Shown here: piece after piece, positions 40,258 through 54,689 of the stretch
Layout of the letters: each line of letters opens with the position of its first letter
Position numbering within the stretch: the stretch's first letter is position 1
From: Octopus vulgaris
Lineage: Eukaryota
Direction: 5' to 3'
Assembly (NCBI GenBank): GCA_951406725.2
Contig: OX597823.1
Location: 58,280,001 to 58,344,000, forward strand
Length of the DNA: 64,000 bases
The notes under the pieces: model-generated
The model's database searches: none
Seen by the model: the letters and a program-made list of their open reading frames with translations, nothing else
Told to the model about the DNA's origin: nothing
Made by a program: the position numbers and the translations under genes

Positions 40258-40562
40258 AATAGCTCAGTGGTTAGAGCGTCAGGCTCACAATCATGATGTA
40301 GTATGTTAGATTACCGCAACTGGCTGTGTTGTGTTCTTGAGCAAGACATTTTAATTCACGTCGCTCCGGTTCACTCAGCTGTAGAAATCAGTTGCGTCGT
40401 CACTGGTGCCAAGTTGTACCCCTTTGGATAACATCGATTATGTGGAGAGGGGAGACTAGTATACATGGATAACTCTGGTCTTTTATAAACGACCTTGGTC
40501 GGATTTCGGAGGAGAAATTTATAGAAGTAACCCTATTGTCATTCATGACCGAAGTGGAATCT
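40258..40562 (+). mobile_element. SINE family D, near full length
   Basis: tagctcagtggttagagcg head; tgtgttcttgagcaagacatt...ttcactcagctgtagaaat central domain; catgaccgaag tail. Confidence 0.8.
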
Positions 40563-40800
40563 TAAATCCTCCATGCACAGGCATCCCGTTTAGAGGGAAC
40601 GTCGAAATTTCGATCACTTACACGCTACAAACTTGCCTACCCAGTAAATCAGTGGTATCATTTGAAAGCTATATTTGTACAAGGAAGCGCATTGTGACTA
40701 GCGGTGTGTAACATGATCAGATAATCTGGTCGAGACATTGATGCAAACAGAGACAGTGATACACACACGCACACAAACACAAACACACACACATATACAT

Positions 40801-40854
<54 letters not shown>

Positions 40855-41785
40855 CGCTTAGGTATAGTGGTACTAATAAGCTGTGTTAGAATTCGATATG
40901 CATATGCTTCAGAGAAAAGTGTTAGTCAAGAACAGAGTGTAATAAAAGATTAGATGATAAGGGAACAAGAAATGATGTACGGAACATCATTATCTTACAG
41001 TTGTTTCTGCTACAATATGTAATGCACACATAGCTAAGTGCTTGTTCATCAACTTAGCGCTTGGTCGGAGCTTCAAAAGTTCTCAAATAGATTCTTGTTT
41101 CCTTGTCAGTTATTTAGTCTCCTACACATACACAGACACACAGACACTCACAGACACACAAAGACACACAAAGACATATGCAGTTACACACAAACACACA
41201 CACGCTAACACACACACACACATATATTATGTATACCCATGAGCTTACGTTTAGAATAATTAAAGATAACTCAAAAAATATTTAGTGGACGACTTTCGCA
41301 GATTGACTTGATAAACTACAAAGTATTACAACATAAGCGAATATATTCTTACTAACACACACACACACACGTACATACATATTTACGTACGCTGATGGAT
41401 ATATAGATGTATATATACATATACACACACACATACAGAGACACATGTTAATACGTAAGACAGACAGATGAAAATATAAAATTTATATTTCCAGTTAAAT
41501 CGATCTTCATTTTTATAGTTTCGCCAAATTCATCAGAAATCAGAAACGGATTGTGTGGCGTTCTCATAAAATATATCCGAGTAAAATAATATCCCAATCG
41601 TTAACACAACAACGCCTTTGACAACTCGAGCAACAATACTTAAACGGGGAAGTTATCATCATCATCATCAGTAGCAGCATCATCATCATTATCTTCGTCA
41701 TCATTTTTATTATTATCATCATCATCGACGTCGTCGTCGACGTTATCATTGTTGTTATTATCATTATAATAATTTTTAAGTCGAT

Positions 41786-42000
41786 GGCGACGAGCTGGTA
41801 GAAACGTTAAGTACGCTGGACGAAATGCTTAGCGATATTTCGCCGGTCTTCACGTTCTGAGTTCAAATTCCACCGAGGTCGACTTTGCCTTTTATGCTTT
41901 CGGGATCGATAAATTATTTACCAGTTGCGTACTGGAGTCGATCTAATCGACTGACACCTTCCCCCAAAATTTCAGGTTTGTACGTATAACAGAAAGGATT
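41786..42000 (+). mobile_element. SINE family B, full length
   Basis: ggcgacgagctggtagaaacgtt...gagttcaaattcc...gtcgactttgcc...ccagttgcgtactggagtcgatctaatcgact; (TTA)n tail. Confidence 0.88.
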
Positions 42001-42034
42001 GTTGTTGTTATTATTATTATTATTATTATTAACA

Positions 42035-43978
42035 GAATAATATTATTATTAAGGAAATTGGTGAATGGCTGTGCAGTGAGGATAGACGGTTATATCATCT
42101 TCAGATTGAAAGCAAGGGACAGGTTGGGTATGTAACTGGAAAGGCCGCCAGTTCCAAAATTATCCATCCATCCAAAAGAAGAAAAGTGTCCTTAATGCCA
42201 ACTTCAACCAGATCAACTCTAGTGTCAACGTCAAGGTCTGAAGCAGAGACTGAAAGTGAATATCAAGATTCCGTAAAATCAAATGAAGAATCCATACAAA
42301 CAAGGTGGAAGTATAGTAAAACTGGAACTACAACCAAGTTAGTAATATCTTCCAAGCTATCAACCCAAAAAGTAGCAACAGTTTTTCGGCAATTATCTCA
42401 AGAGGGAATCAATGTCGAGACTCAGTCCCAATCTGGCATTTACAGATCGACTATCAAAGAAGTTGTTAAACTAAAAAAAAAATGAAGAAAACATTGAAAA
42501 CTGGTCATTGCATTTTGATGGTAAATGTATTGATGACCAAGAATACCAAGTGCTAGTGTTAAAGAATGAACAGCGAGGTTAGAAGCACTCCAATTAATAA
42601 ACGGAAAAGCCGATACTGTTGTGAAAGGGATAACAGTTGTTTTAGATGAATACAATTTATGGATGATTGTCGCTGATATAATGAGTGTGAACACTTGTAA
42701 AAAATGGCATTGTCATTCAGTTGCAAAGACTGTTTGCTCAAAGGGTTTGAAAGAACAGCAATTTACTAGTTGTCAGCATTATATTCTTTGTAGAGTTCTT
42801 GTAGTGTTGTAATGGATAACGAACTTTCATCACAGAGGTTCTAAGTAATTACGAGAAACTCCAGGCTAATTTCAACAATGGTGAAGAAAAGATTACTGAA
42901 TCAGCAGGATGGCGAGATGACATGAAATTTCTTATTTATTTGAACAGCGTTTTTCGGGGGGTTTTTAAGAAACCGAGAAATTTCCTTCTGTAAAGTTTCA
43001 AAAAATAACCAACTTGTGTAATGCAAGATGGAATTCTCGAGCAATACTAGCTATTTTGGCTGTTATTCTTCTACCAGAGAAAAGAGTTTTGCTTCTCAAT
43101 GTTTGTAGATTCATCTTTTACAGGTGGGCAGGTTTTTGATTTACTGATCAAATGTTCGATGCATATGATTATCAGAAGTTATGTGGTAGCCTGCAAGTTC
43201 ATAAAAAATCATAGAACTCTGTAAAAAACTTTTAGAGTTAAAAACCATAAAAAAACTGGCAACTCCTAGAACAAATCAGAGTGCAGAACGGGTAAAGTGC
43301 CTTCAAAATCTTTATATTTGTAAAAAGGAGAAACTTCGCTTCGATTTATTTTATCTAACAAAGCATATTAATTCTTTGTTATGTTTAAAAATTTGGTAAC
43401 ATTCAGCAGCCTTTTTCCTTATACAGTTATTTAAAATTGGAATTAAACCTATAAAGTTAAAAGTATGTATTGTTTTTAATTTTGTATGATATCGAATGCT
43501 TGTAATGGACTCTTTTGAGGCCACTACAAATAACCTAGTTTTGAACCTTTGCATAGGGCAATTTCAATTTAGTAATCTTTAAAATGTATAAATACACTTT
43601 TATTCCATATGTCTCTTGCGTTTACAAGGATTTAGGCAGCGGAAATATTGAAGTGTGAATCTAGTGCCACCTAGTGATTATAGTTTTAAAAGCTCATAAC
43701 TCCGAAGCTACTTCAACTAGAACGCTAAAATTTCAGATATATCATTGCTGCATTGCATTGAGTCAGCACACCAAGTTTGGTAAAAACTTGAGCAGGCTTT
43801 ATGAGCCCCGCTAAAAGTTTGCATAATTTGGGTCAAAAGTGGTGATCGATTTAACTTGTGAGAGGATGTTTTTTTCTTTTCAAATAAAGCAAAATAAATG
43901 TTAGTTTCCTGACTTTTATGAAATTATTCATCAAATTACGGCATAGGGTTATTAGGTTATGAAAAAGTCATAACCCTA
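42035..43978 (+). mobile_element. Degraded hAT-superfamily (hATm-like) DNA transposon
   Basis: WSLHFDGK, MIVADIMSVNT, CQH, GWRDDMKFL, NARWNSRAI and PRTNQSAER motifs in order; right end ...cataaccCTA (TAGGGT-type TIR). Confidence 0.65.
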
Positions 43979-44223
43979 ATATACATACAGTGAGAAAGAG
44001 AGAGCGAAAGAAGGAGAGAGACACTTCAGAGATACTAAAGATAAATCCTACTTCATTCCATTAATTTCATTGAGTTCGACAAAGCTATAAAATCTTAAAG
44101 GCTAATGTGGTTTTAAATTATACCAGCCGAATAGAATAACAAACACTTTAAAAACACAATGCATATAATATAGTCAGGTATTGAATCCTATTCATCCTGC
44201 TGTTGTACCCTACATACAAACCT

Positions 44224-44305
<82 letters not shown>

Positions 44306-44550
44306 ACATGTATGTGTGTATGTGTGCTTGTATGTAATTTATGTATGTAAATATGTCATTATTCAGTTATATTTCAAGATTTCTTGCCAATGCAGAAAGT
44401 GTTGGTTTCTAATATAGATACAAGATTCTTTCACTGGAATCCCAACATCAGCAGGGTATTTTTGTATGTACGTGTGTTTGTATGTATGTATGTATGTATG
44501 TATGTATGTATGTATGTATGTATGTATGTATGTATGTATGTATGTATGTA

Positions 44551-44848
44551 TGTTAATCTTTGCATCTTGGACGTCTGATTTCCGCCTCTTGACGTCTGTT
44601 ATTTTGCATCTGGTCTGTTCCTTTGCTGATGACATGGCATCATTTTGAGCGGTCCGTGGTGATTGTGCCCTAGGTGTTTGGGTCAATAGAACTGTGGAGG
44701 CTCATCTAATGGACCTCAACACAGTTCCCGCAGCGTGGAACATATTTACAAGCCATTAAAGAACACACATTTGCCAAAATATTTTCGTCGCTTTGAAACT
44801 GCAACCTTTACATTGACAAAACTTGGCACTGCATCTGAGAGAGTAACA
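44551..44848. mobile_element. Probable solo LTR (298 bp)
   Basis: Starts tgttaatct and ends agagtaaca (TG...CA, 8/9 inverted match); ATTAAA ~90 nt before the end; no clear TSD. Confidence 0.45.
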
Positions 44849-44872
44849 GTTAGTTGATGATCTATATAGTTA

Positions 44873-45172
44873 ATTTCGTCTGCCTTCACGTTCTGAGTTC
44901 AAATTTCACCGAGGTCACTTTACCTTTCATCATTTCGGGGTCGATAAATTAAGTACCAGTTGCGTATTGGGGTCGATCTAATCGACTGCCCCTATCCCAA
45001 ACATTTCGGGCCTTGTGCCTAGAGTAGAAAAGAATATATATAGTTCATTAAGGCGGTTAGCTAACAGAAACGTTACCACGTCGGGCGAAATGCTTAGCGG
45101 CATTTCGTCCGACATTATGATCTGAGTTCAAATTCTACCGAAGTTGACTTTACCTTCCATCCTATCGAGTTC
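44873..45172 (+). mobile_element. Two tandem SINE family B copies (44873-45035; 45051-45172)
   Basis: Both match 41786-42000. Confidence 0.85.
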
Positions 45173-45485
45173 AATGCAAAAAAGAGTAAAATTTGATTAC
45201 TATTAAAACGCGTAAAATTTTTAGGCTAATAATCTTAATCTTTAGTTACAGTTCCTCATTCAAACTACATGTCGGATTAAGACAGTAGGGTGTTTTGGGG
45301 GAGATTTGGCTGCTATTTCTACCAGGTCTCCCTCATTGGCTTACTTAAAGCAACAGACGTCAACTACAAAAGCCAAGGTCCATGCAGTGTCATGGGCCAA
45401 ATAAATTTCCAACTTCTTACCTAATACAAGCCTTTATCTCTTACACTATTTCAATATTATGTATCTATTATAATGTGAGATACTG

Positions 45486-45486
45486 T

Positions 45487-45531
<45 letters not shown>

Positions 45532-46971
45532 CTTACGCATTCCAAAACCGAGTTACAGATTTTGACGTATGGTGTATCAAAAAATTCAGTACTATTTTGG
45601 CTACAAATTAAACTTAATTTCCATTCACATATTTGCATTTCAAAAATTTAACATAATCTTTCCTATAAATCAACTTTCGTAAACATTTTATACGATGACG
45701 TCACATTTTCTATATGTGTGTGTACCTTAAAAGACATCAATCATCACTCACACACCTTCACTCTCTCTATCTCTCTTCCTCACTCTGTCTCTCTAACATA
45801 AACACGTGCACGTACACACACACACGCACACATACACGCACACGCACGTCCGTTTCATATAGACGTACATACATCTTTCACTTTCTTTCTCTGTTCTTTC
45901 CGCTTTCTCTTCTTTCAATTTCTGCTCTGTTCAAAAATTTTTTTACGGATAGAACTGCTTACAAAAATAGGGATTAATGAATAATTTAATTAATGTATAA
46001 AAATAAAAATTATAATTATTATAAATTTTTTGTTTACAATATTGAAAAAAATATGCCACCAAAGAAAAGACATAATCTCTGCAGAAACAAGTATAAAGCA
46101 AGGAGGATTGTAGAAAATCGGTGGCGAGAGTCTGAAGCTAGAAGCTAGATGAGATTTTCTCAAGATCAGCAAATGCATGTTGCAGCAGTTAATGCTGGAT
46201 CATTAAATCAATGTTTTAATGATTAGACAGAGGTCCAATAGAATAACTCTCAGAAACAGACTACGTACAAAGCTGTTTTCAGATATGATCCATCCCATTC
46301 CTATAAGAACAATACCTCTGTCCAAATTAGTGTGCTAAATACAAATTGTCTTTTCTGTAGAGCTTTAAAATTTTCCAATAAAGCAAATGGTATGTGCTGT
46401 TCAGGCGGTCAGGTAACATTGCCAGCACTACCAGCTACTTCTCAACCTCTTATGGATCTTCTAGAAGGCATTTCCATCCAGTCAAATGATTTTCTGAACA
46501 ATATCAGACAATACAACTCTGCAATTGACATCGTTTGGTGCATCTAAGTAGATAGATAAACATAAAGTTCAAGGGTAAGTCTATCACCTCATTGGTTCCT
46601 TGTTACCCACAAAGGAACATTCAAATTCTTCCAAATTTACGTTATGAGTGATGTAGGACAACAAACCCGAAGGAGGTGTCAACATTTCAGATGATGGGTC
46701 GTGTTAGACACAGCGCCGACTGCTGCAAGAGTATATCCACTGACAGTTTATCGGTGCGTTCAAAAATCACATGATCCCCACAGGTTAGGGCCTGAAATAT
46801 TCCAAACGAACGCATAGCATGTTGCTTAATCGAATTAGCCTATCATTTACTCCATAAATGTTTTGTTGTCAATGCTGCACTTTCCCATATCACCTGTTTC
46901 AAGATAACTGTGATATTTTATATACAAACTGTGCTATTTTAATCCCGAGCAACGCCGAGTATCTAAGCTAG
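45486..46971 (+). mobile_element. Internally deleted Helitron retaining the Rep N-terminal zinc-finger region
   Basis: CLFCRALKF...GMCCSGGQVTLPAL...FLNNIRQYNSA...TSFGA (46332-46545); 3' hairpin cccgagcaacgccgag then CTAG-t. The 5' boundary is approximate. Confidence 0.85.
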
Positions 46972-47691
46972 TATATATGTGTGTGTATCTTTGTGTGTGT
47001 GTGAGTATATACGTGTATTTATAAATACCTGCGTACGTACACACATATATATACGTGAACACGCATATATTTACATATATCTCACACTCACACTCTGTTA
47101 CTCTCTCGGCTTGGATTCGCAAGCGAATATTTTCAAAGAATGTATACTTATATTTATACATACATATATACAAGTACACGTACACATATATGTAGATACG
47201 CATTCTATATATGTATATATATATGTATGTGTGTGCTTGTGTGTGTGTGTGTTCTGTACACACACTATCACATATATATACGTATATCTATGTGTTTGTG
47301 TATATATGTGTATATATATACACATATATGAATATATATATATATATCTATGAATGCGTGTTTGTATATATATATATGTGCATATATATATATCTATATA
47401 TATATATATATATGTGTGTGTATGTGTATATGTGTGTGTGTACATATATATATACTCATATAATTTTATATCTATGTATGCATATATATTAATAGATGGA
47501 TTGAGGGATAGGTAGATATATATACACACATAAATATACGTACATATATATTTGTGTATCTGCGGATGTGTATGTATATAACACACATATATATACATAC
47601 GTATCTACATATATATACACATAGCTATATATATACATAAATATATATATATATATATATACATATATACATACATCTTTGTACACAGACA

Positions 47692-47754
<63 letters not shown>

Positions 47755-49789
47755 GTATATCTTTGTATGTGCATATATAGGTGTATGCTCGTAGAGAGAG
47801 CAAGCGAGAGAGGGGGCGAGATAAAGATATATATGTACGAAAATAAGGCTATAAATATAAATATATTAATATACATATATTCATATACATAGATTTTTAT
47901 ACGTGCATACCTATACACACACAGACACAAACATACATACATACATACATACATACATACATACATACATACATACATACTATATACTTGTGAGGTGCAT
48001 GGGTGTGAGCAAGTGGGTGCGTAGTGATCTGTACTTTTACTTATAATATCCATAATATTTATATTACATTTGTTTCAGAGTATATTTTTTTAATTTGCGT
48101 ATTTATTATTTATATTCCTCAAGAAGAAACAAAGAAACAAATATTGCCGTATGTTATCCCATATACTTTATTATTCTCCCAGTACAGCTCTCAAGATCTA
48201 GTTTCTTTTACCAGCTAAATCTATTGTTATTATGCTTTTTTTGTTGCTTTTGTTTGTTGTTTTTTGTTTTGTTGTTTTTTTTGCGAATTGTACTCAAATG
48301 TATTGTTTTCCTTTTTCTCTTTTCATATTATGTACGTATGTTTGTGTGTATGTGTGTGTGTAATTTTGTGCTTCTGTTCATTTGACGTGTGTGTGCACGC
48401 GCGTGTTTGTATGTGTACACATGTACGCACATATATATGTTCTGCGTGTAATATATGTATATGAAACGTGTGTGTGTGTATATATATATATATTATATGT
48501 ATATATATATGTGTGTGTGTGTATATATATATATATATGTGTGTGTGTATATATATATATATATATGTATTCAAATATATACGTTTATACACAAACACAC
48601 ACATATATAATCATATTTAAATGATTGTATGTAATTATTTATATGCGTATATATATGCATATATATATATTTATATTTATGTCTATATAATTGTATACGT
48701 GTATACACATACATTTATATGCATACATTTACGTGTATGTACATATATGTATGTATATATGTGTGCATGTGAACATATTAACGTGTGTATGTGCATGTGT
48801 GTGCGTACGCGTGCCTATAAGTGTCTGCGTTTCTTTCTCATCAGATTAGTTTAATAACTTACTGACATTGTTATATTGGACTAAGTGTTATTGAATTAAC
48901 AATAAAAAAATATTTGTTAGTTGAACGTTTATAAGTAGCATCAGTTTGTGATTGTTGCATTGGGCAGGTGCTACAATACGGCAGTTCAATATAAGGGAAA
49001 AACGTAAAGCATTCAAAGAAAGTCACCAATTTACCTAAAAAAAAAAAAAGAATATTAGATAGTTATTACTCTTGTCATGAGAAGTCTTTAGATAAAATAT
49101 TATCGTTGGAATGCTTTCTAACATCAAATTATAAACGAAGAGATTAATGTACTTATTGCAGAAATTAGAACGCCATAATGCTGCTGCTGCTGCTGTTTTT
49201 GTTGTTGCTGTTGTTGTTGAAGCTGAGCGCCTGTTTCAGCTTGGACGAAAATACCTCAGATCAAACGTATGACAGTGGAGATCGTTATCTCGTTGTTTTT
49301 TATTATTACTAGTATTATTATTAAAAATCACAGTGTAACATCTTATTTAATGAAACTATTTTCTTTAATCTAATGCAAGTATAGCGATTAATAGAGAGAG
49401 ATTTGACCACTATTTTTAGCATGGTGTGCGACTATATTGAGATTTCTTTAAGTTCGGTAATAAAAATTAATTTAAGCTTTATCCTTCTTTTCTTAAAATA
49501 TTTTTTGCCTTTAGTTATTTTTTCTTCTTTCGCTTGTTTTTGTAATGAAGGATTGAAACCTCTGGCACACATACAAGGAAATCCCTTGCCCAACCACAAA
49601 TAAACCCCTGGTACATCAAAAAACAAAACTCTTGGTGTATCTGCGAACCAAACCCTATACAGCTTTGTTAATATTTGCTTCTATCCAAAAACCAAAGGAA
49701 ATTACTACTATTCCCTTGCCTTTGTCATCTGGTTATCAATGTTTTAAACTGACTTATTTTCCATTACATTTCAGACAGATTCAGTGCTG

Positions 49790-50000
49790 AGTTGCTGAAG
49801 CAGAAATATCATTAGAGCAAATATTCTGCTCAATATCACAAATTTGCTTGTCAGTTGCTTGACCTTAACCACTTGACCTTAACCTTAGTGCTTGACCTTA
49901 GCCTTAGTGGCTGACAAAATTTGCATCTCTGATCTTGAGTAGGAGAAGTGGGAGAGCATCACAGTCATGTGTTGAAAAATATTCTCTGGGGTTCGAATAA
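49790..50000 (+). repeat. Probable interspersed repeat fragment with a local triplicated ttgaccttaacc motif
   Basis: cttgaccttaacc / cttgaccttaacc / cttgaccttagcc at 49858-49903; the family is recognised from memory only. Confidence 0.4.
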
Positions 50001-50124
50001 ATGTAGCAACAACAAAGTTTGAAGGGAATATTAGCCATTTTTCATACTTTCTAGAGGTAAGAAATAGGAAATAACAGTTGCTACCCAAGGACAAAAATCG
50101 TGTTACACAGTGTTATCAGATGAG

Positions 50125-50480
50125 CGACATTTCGTTTATCTTTTCGTTCTGAGTTAAAATTTCTCTGAGATTAATTTTCATCCTTCAGAGTCGATAAAAT
50201 AAATACAAGTTGAGCAATGGGCTCGATGTAAGCGACTTACTCACTCCCTAAAATTGCTGGCCTTGAGTCAAAATTTGAAACAAATATTCAGATGAGACAA
50301 ATTTCAAAATTGATAGAGTGTCGAACAAAATGCCACATAATGATTAGTTTAACTCCTTTACATACCGAATTAAATTCTCGCTGAGGGCAACTTTCCCCTT
50401 AATTTTCTCGAAGGTCGATGAAATAAATTAACAATCTGAAACTAATTAATTGCACCTCACTCTATAAATTTTCGATCTTG
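50125..50480 (+). mobile_element. Two tandem degraded SINE family B copies
   Basis: cgttctgagttaaaatttc...ttttcatccttcagagtcgataaaat and a second aggtcgatgaaataaatt unit. Confidence 0.6.
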
Positions 50481-51058
50481 TAATGTTGTTTTAAATCAAT
50501 ATCTAGAATAACTCTAGAGTGAGTACAGATTTCTAACTATTTTGGAGCTGTAACCTATGGCAGTATGGACTGTTTTGGACCAAATGCAGAGCCTCATTCG
50601 TACTTTTTGAATTTGCTGGTACTGGCAGTTGAAGATGGTTTGTCTGAGATTATTCATATCAGACGGGTATATTCGATTGTTAGTGCTCTCAAATCCAAAT
50701 ATAAGAAAAGTTGAGCTGACGAAGGAAGTGTTGAGTTTTAAATTCAACTAATCCAGAACGTAACGTTCTCAAATGATCTTTGTACACGTGATAATTTGTT
50801 ATTTTTCAATCCATATCTGCGTAAATTATTTTTGAGTAAAACTATCTGGGAGACTTTTCTTATAGTAGAAGAAATAGCTAAAAAAAATTTTTTGGCTGCT
50901 ATTTCTAAAAGTTTCAGTGTGTGGTAAAGTAAATTATTTTACTGAGCCCTAATTATATAACGTAATATTTTAAATATACCTTGAATGGTCCTTTTACATA
51001 CTGAACATTACTTGGTGAAATTAATTAATAATTAATTGATTTTACCCTTTTATTATTG

Positions 51059-51091
<33 letters not shown>

Positions 51092-51227
51092 GTATATGTT
51101 TGCATGTATGTACAAATGTATATATATATATATGTGTATATGTATATATATATATATATATATATAAGAGAGAGAGAGAGAGAGAAAGAGAGCGAGAGAG
51201 AGATTGATATACATATATCTATGTATA

Positions 51228-51245
51228 TCTTAATATATAAAAGAG

Positions 51246-51298
<53 letters not shown>

Positions 51299-54200
51299 CT
51301 ATGTTGCTTATGGATTCGAAAACTTATTTGCCAAATTTGACGTATGAGGTATCAATAGATTCAGTAACCTTTCGGCTACCCCAACAATTTTACTTTCATT
51401 TACATGTTTGCATTAAAAAAATTTACATTATATTCTTTCTCTCTAAGTCAACTATCGTAAGCGATATTTTATACCACTACTACGATGACGTCACATTTTC
51501 TATATGAGTGTGTATGTGTCTGTCAGTGTGTAACTGAGAAATATATGTGTGTGACGATGTGTGTAACTGTCAGTACACATACATTTTTGAGACGACCGAT
51601 ACACACACACTTATACACACACACTCATACACACATCTAAAGACAGAGACAGAAACAAAGAGGGACAGAAATAGGCCTGAGGTGTACGTGAATGTATGTT
51701 TGTGTCTGTCTGTCTTAGTATAAGTATGTGATTGGATCGCCCAACAGTGAAACTGCCAAAGAGTTTAGTTTAGTTTAGTTGCGGCCTGGACGTTTAACGA
51801 ACAACAGCGTTCACTTTGAAATACCACTGTTAGAATTTTCCTTTTCATCATGGAGATTTGCGATTTAAACAGTATTAATGATTATTACTACTTATCGTTA
51901 AAACATTATTCTGGTTTTTTTGGTTGATTTGACAGCACTCACAACACTCGCAAATATATTTGGAAATAAATTTATTCTGGTTATTATAACAAATTCGGAA
52001 ACTTGGCAAAGTAGAAAACCTTAGCGGCTCTTTCAATATAATTACAGAAATGTAATTCCTGTCCTTATAACCAGTTTGAAGATAATGTTTTTTTAACAGC
52101 CTTAATATCCTTATCGTATTCGTGCTATGTTACTTTATCAGTGTGAGTATCCAACGCTGCGTAACATTTTTACTGCGTTAGTCAGTATTTATTCTATAGA
52201 CTATAACCTTACACAGTTAAACTATATAGTAAATGATGTGAAATTAATTTACGTCTTGCTACATACATCCTTCAGAAAAGGTTTTAAATTCAACAGCAAC
52301 GTATTCCTTTGTACACACTTTGTTCAGCATTCGTTTAAAAATTGTAAAATAATAAATAATTTTTGTTTGAAAAATTGAAGTATGACTTCTGAATTTTCTT
52401 GGAGCTTGACTTTCTCCACTGTGACATTCAGTCCTGAATTTTATAACATTTCGTACTTGTTCCAAATAAATGTTGACTTTGTGTACTTTTTTCCTAAATT
52501 GGTGACTTTCCGACACTGGAATATTTATTCTGGATATATTCGCTAAAAAAATTTTTTATAGCATATCTATGCTACAGAAAATATGTTTCGCACCTACATG
52601 GACTACAGTTCGTTTCGCTTGAAGTTCGGGTGTGTACGTTTCGTTGTTTTCTATATTATCAGTTGTATGAGTGTCTGTGTCTGTGAGTGTGTGTGTGTTT
52701 CCGCGTTTGTTACGTCTATAGAGAACTATGGTAAAGGACATTTTACGCTGTTTTAATGAGCTCACATCTAATGAAGTAGCCATCCTTATGGCAAGTGACC
52801 CCCATGCACTTCATGATATCCTTATTCGTGCTCGAGACTCATCCCACTTATGATGCTCTCCAGTATCCTCTTATTAGGTGGAATGGACAAGTTGGGTATC
52901 ATTTCTATATTCCATAGATTGAACCTGCAATAGGAGAGCAACTGCAAGCAAAAAAGGTGTCGTCAAATGACTTTTATTCTTACCAACTTATGTTAAGACC
53001 AGAGCAATCAAATCAATTACACATGTACCGTGATCTATTTCAGCAATACATGGTTGATACGTATGCTAAAGCTGAGAGTCGGCGTCTCCACTACATTCGT
53101 AACAATCTAAAACAAGATAAGGGCTAAGAATTATGTCCATCTCCAAGATGCTCTGAGGATAGATGGTGATATTCGAAACATGATGCAACTTATAATCCTC
53201 TCATCATCATTCACAGGTGGTCCTCGATATATGCACGAACGAAGAAGCTATGACATGTCAGAACATATGAATAACCAGATCTTTTTATCACTTTCACCTG
53301 CAATCCTAAATAGAAGGAAATAAAATCTAATCTTCTTCCAGTATTGCATCCTCTGGTATTGCAGCTACCCTCCCCAATAGTGGTGGTAGTGGGGCTGGGG
53401 GGAGAACTGCTCATTCCATGTTCAAGGTCCCTCTAAACCTTGCAATAAAAGAATCATAAATGTGCAACATTTCCAAAATCTCTGAAATGGCAACAGTTCT
53501 CCAGCAAGCTTGCTTCATTGTCTGAGATGAATGCATTGTCACATCGTGGAGCTCCAGAGGAAATTGACTGTGCCCTCCAAAACATAAAAAAACAATAGCA
53601 CGCTCATGAGAGGGTTAACAGATCTTGCAAGAGATTTTCGTCAAACGTTGCCAGTTGTCCCCAAAGGATCAAAAGCATATGAGATCAATGCATGCTTCAA
53701 AATATCGTACTTTCGGAGGCGTGAACAATCTTCATCATACAAGCAACATCAGAGTATTTTGACAAGGTGATCATACAAGCTTCTTAAGATTGGTAATGAG
53801 ATATTAACATTCAACTCAAGACTTCAGCTACGTGAACGTACAAGCGGTCAAATGATACTATTCCTTAGGGATCTTATAGATAAAATATTTCCTAATTTAT
53901 CTGTGGATTACATTCGTATAAACTGGCTGTGTGAAAGAGCTATACTAGCTTCAACTAATGAAATGGTTGATAAATTCAATCATGGACTTGTTCAAAAGTT
54001 AACAGATACATCAGAAATGACTTTTCGATCAATTGTCAACAGTCGATCAAAATCAGGTTGTTCAATATCCTGCTGAATTTCTGAATTCACTGAGATACCG
54101 CACATAACTTGACACTAAAACTGGGTGCTCCCATTATGTTGCTTAGGAATTTTGACTCATTTCATCTGTGTAATGGAAATCGCTTAATTGTTACCTCCAT

Positions 54201-54689
54201 GAAACCCCATGTCCTACAGGTAACAATCGTAACAAGTAGTTACAAAGGAGAAAATGTCTTTATTCAAAAAATTCCTCTCATACGTTCAGATGTTCAATTT
54301 CAATTTAAGACGCTTCAGTTTCCAGTCAAACTAAGTATTGGTATTTCAGTTAACATATCTGAAGGTCAATCCCTCAAGGCTCTTTTACTTGATCTCTCCA
54401 CTACATGTTTCTGCCACGGCCAACTTTATGTTGCTTGCTCGTGAATTGAAAGAAGCAACAATTTATTCCTTTCGACACCAAGAAAATAATTACATAATGA
54501 ATATTGTTTTACTGAGGTGCTTGAACATTGACCGATTTTCAATTCTAAATTCTATTATCATTACAATTTGAATATTTTAAGATAAAATATAAATATTTAA
54601 AAATAATTGTGAGAATATAGCTTTATATTTATTGTTTTAATATGAATAAGAACAGCAGTAACTTGGGCAACGCCGAGTCATTTAGCTAG
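51228..54689 (+). mobile_element. Helitron with degraded, internally deleted Rep-helicase
   Basis: 5' TCttaatatataaaa; 3' hairpin cttgggcaacgccgag then CTAG-t. Motifs YDALQYPLI, FQQYMVDTYAKAE, SSFTGGPRYMHER, PDLFITFTCNP, SGIAAT, GRTAHS, DFRQTLPVV, WLCERAILA, PIMLLRN, LCNG, HGQLYVACS. Confidence 0.92.

Noticed and set aside
40990-41055. Minus-strand GAAAcaactgTAagat with upstream TTGATGA
   Set aside because: Stems I and II could not be paired; at best a decayed PLE terminus.
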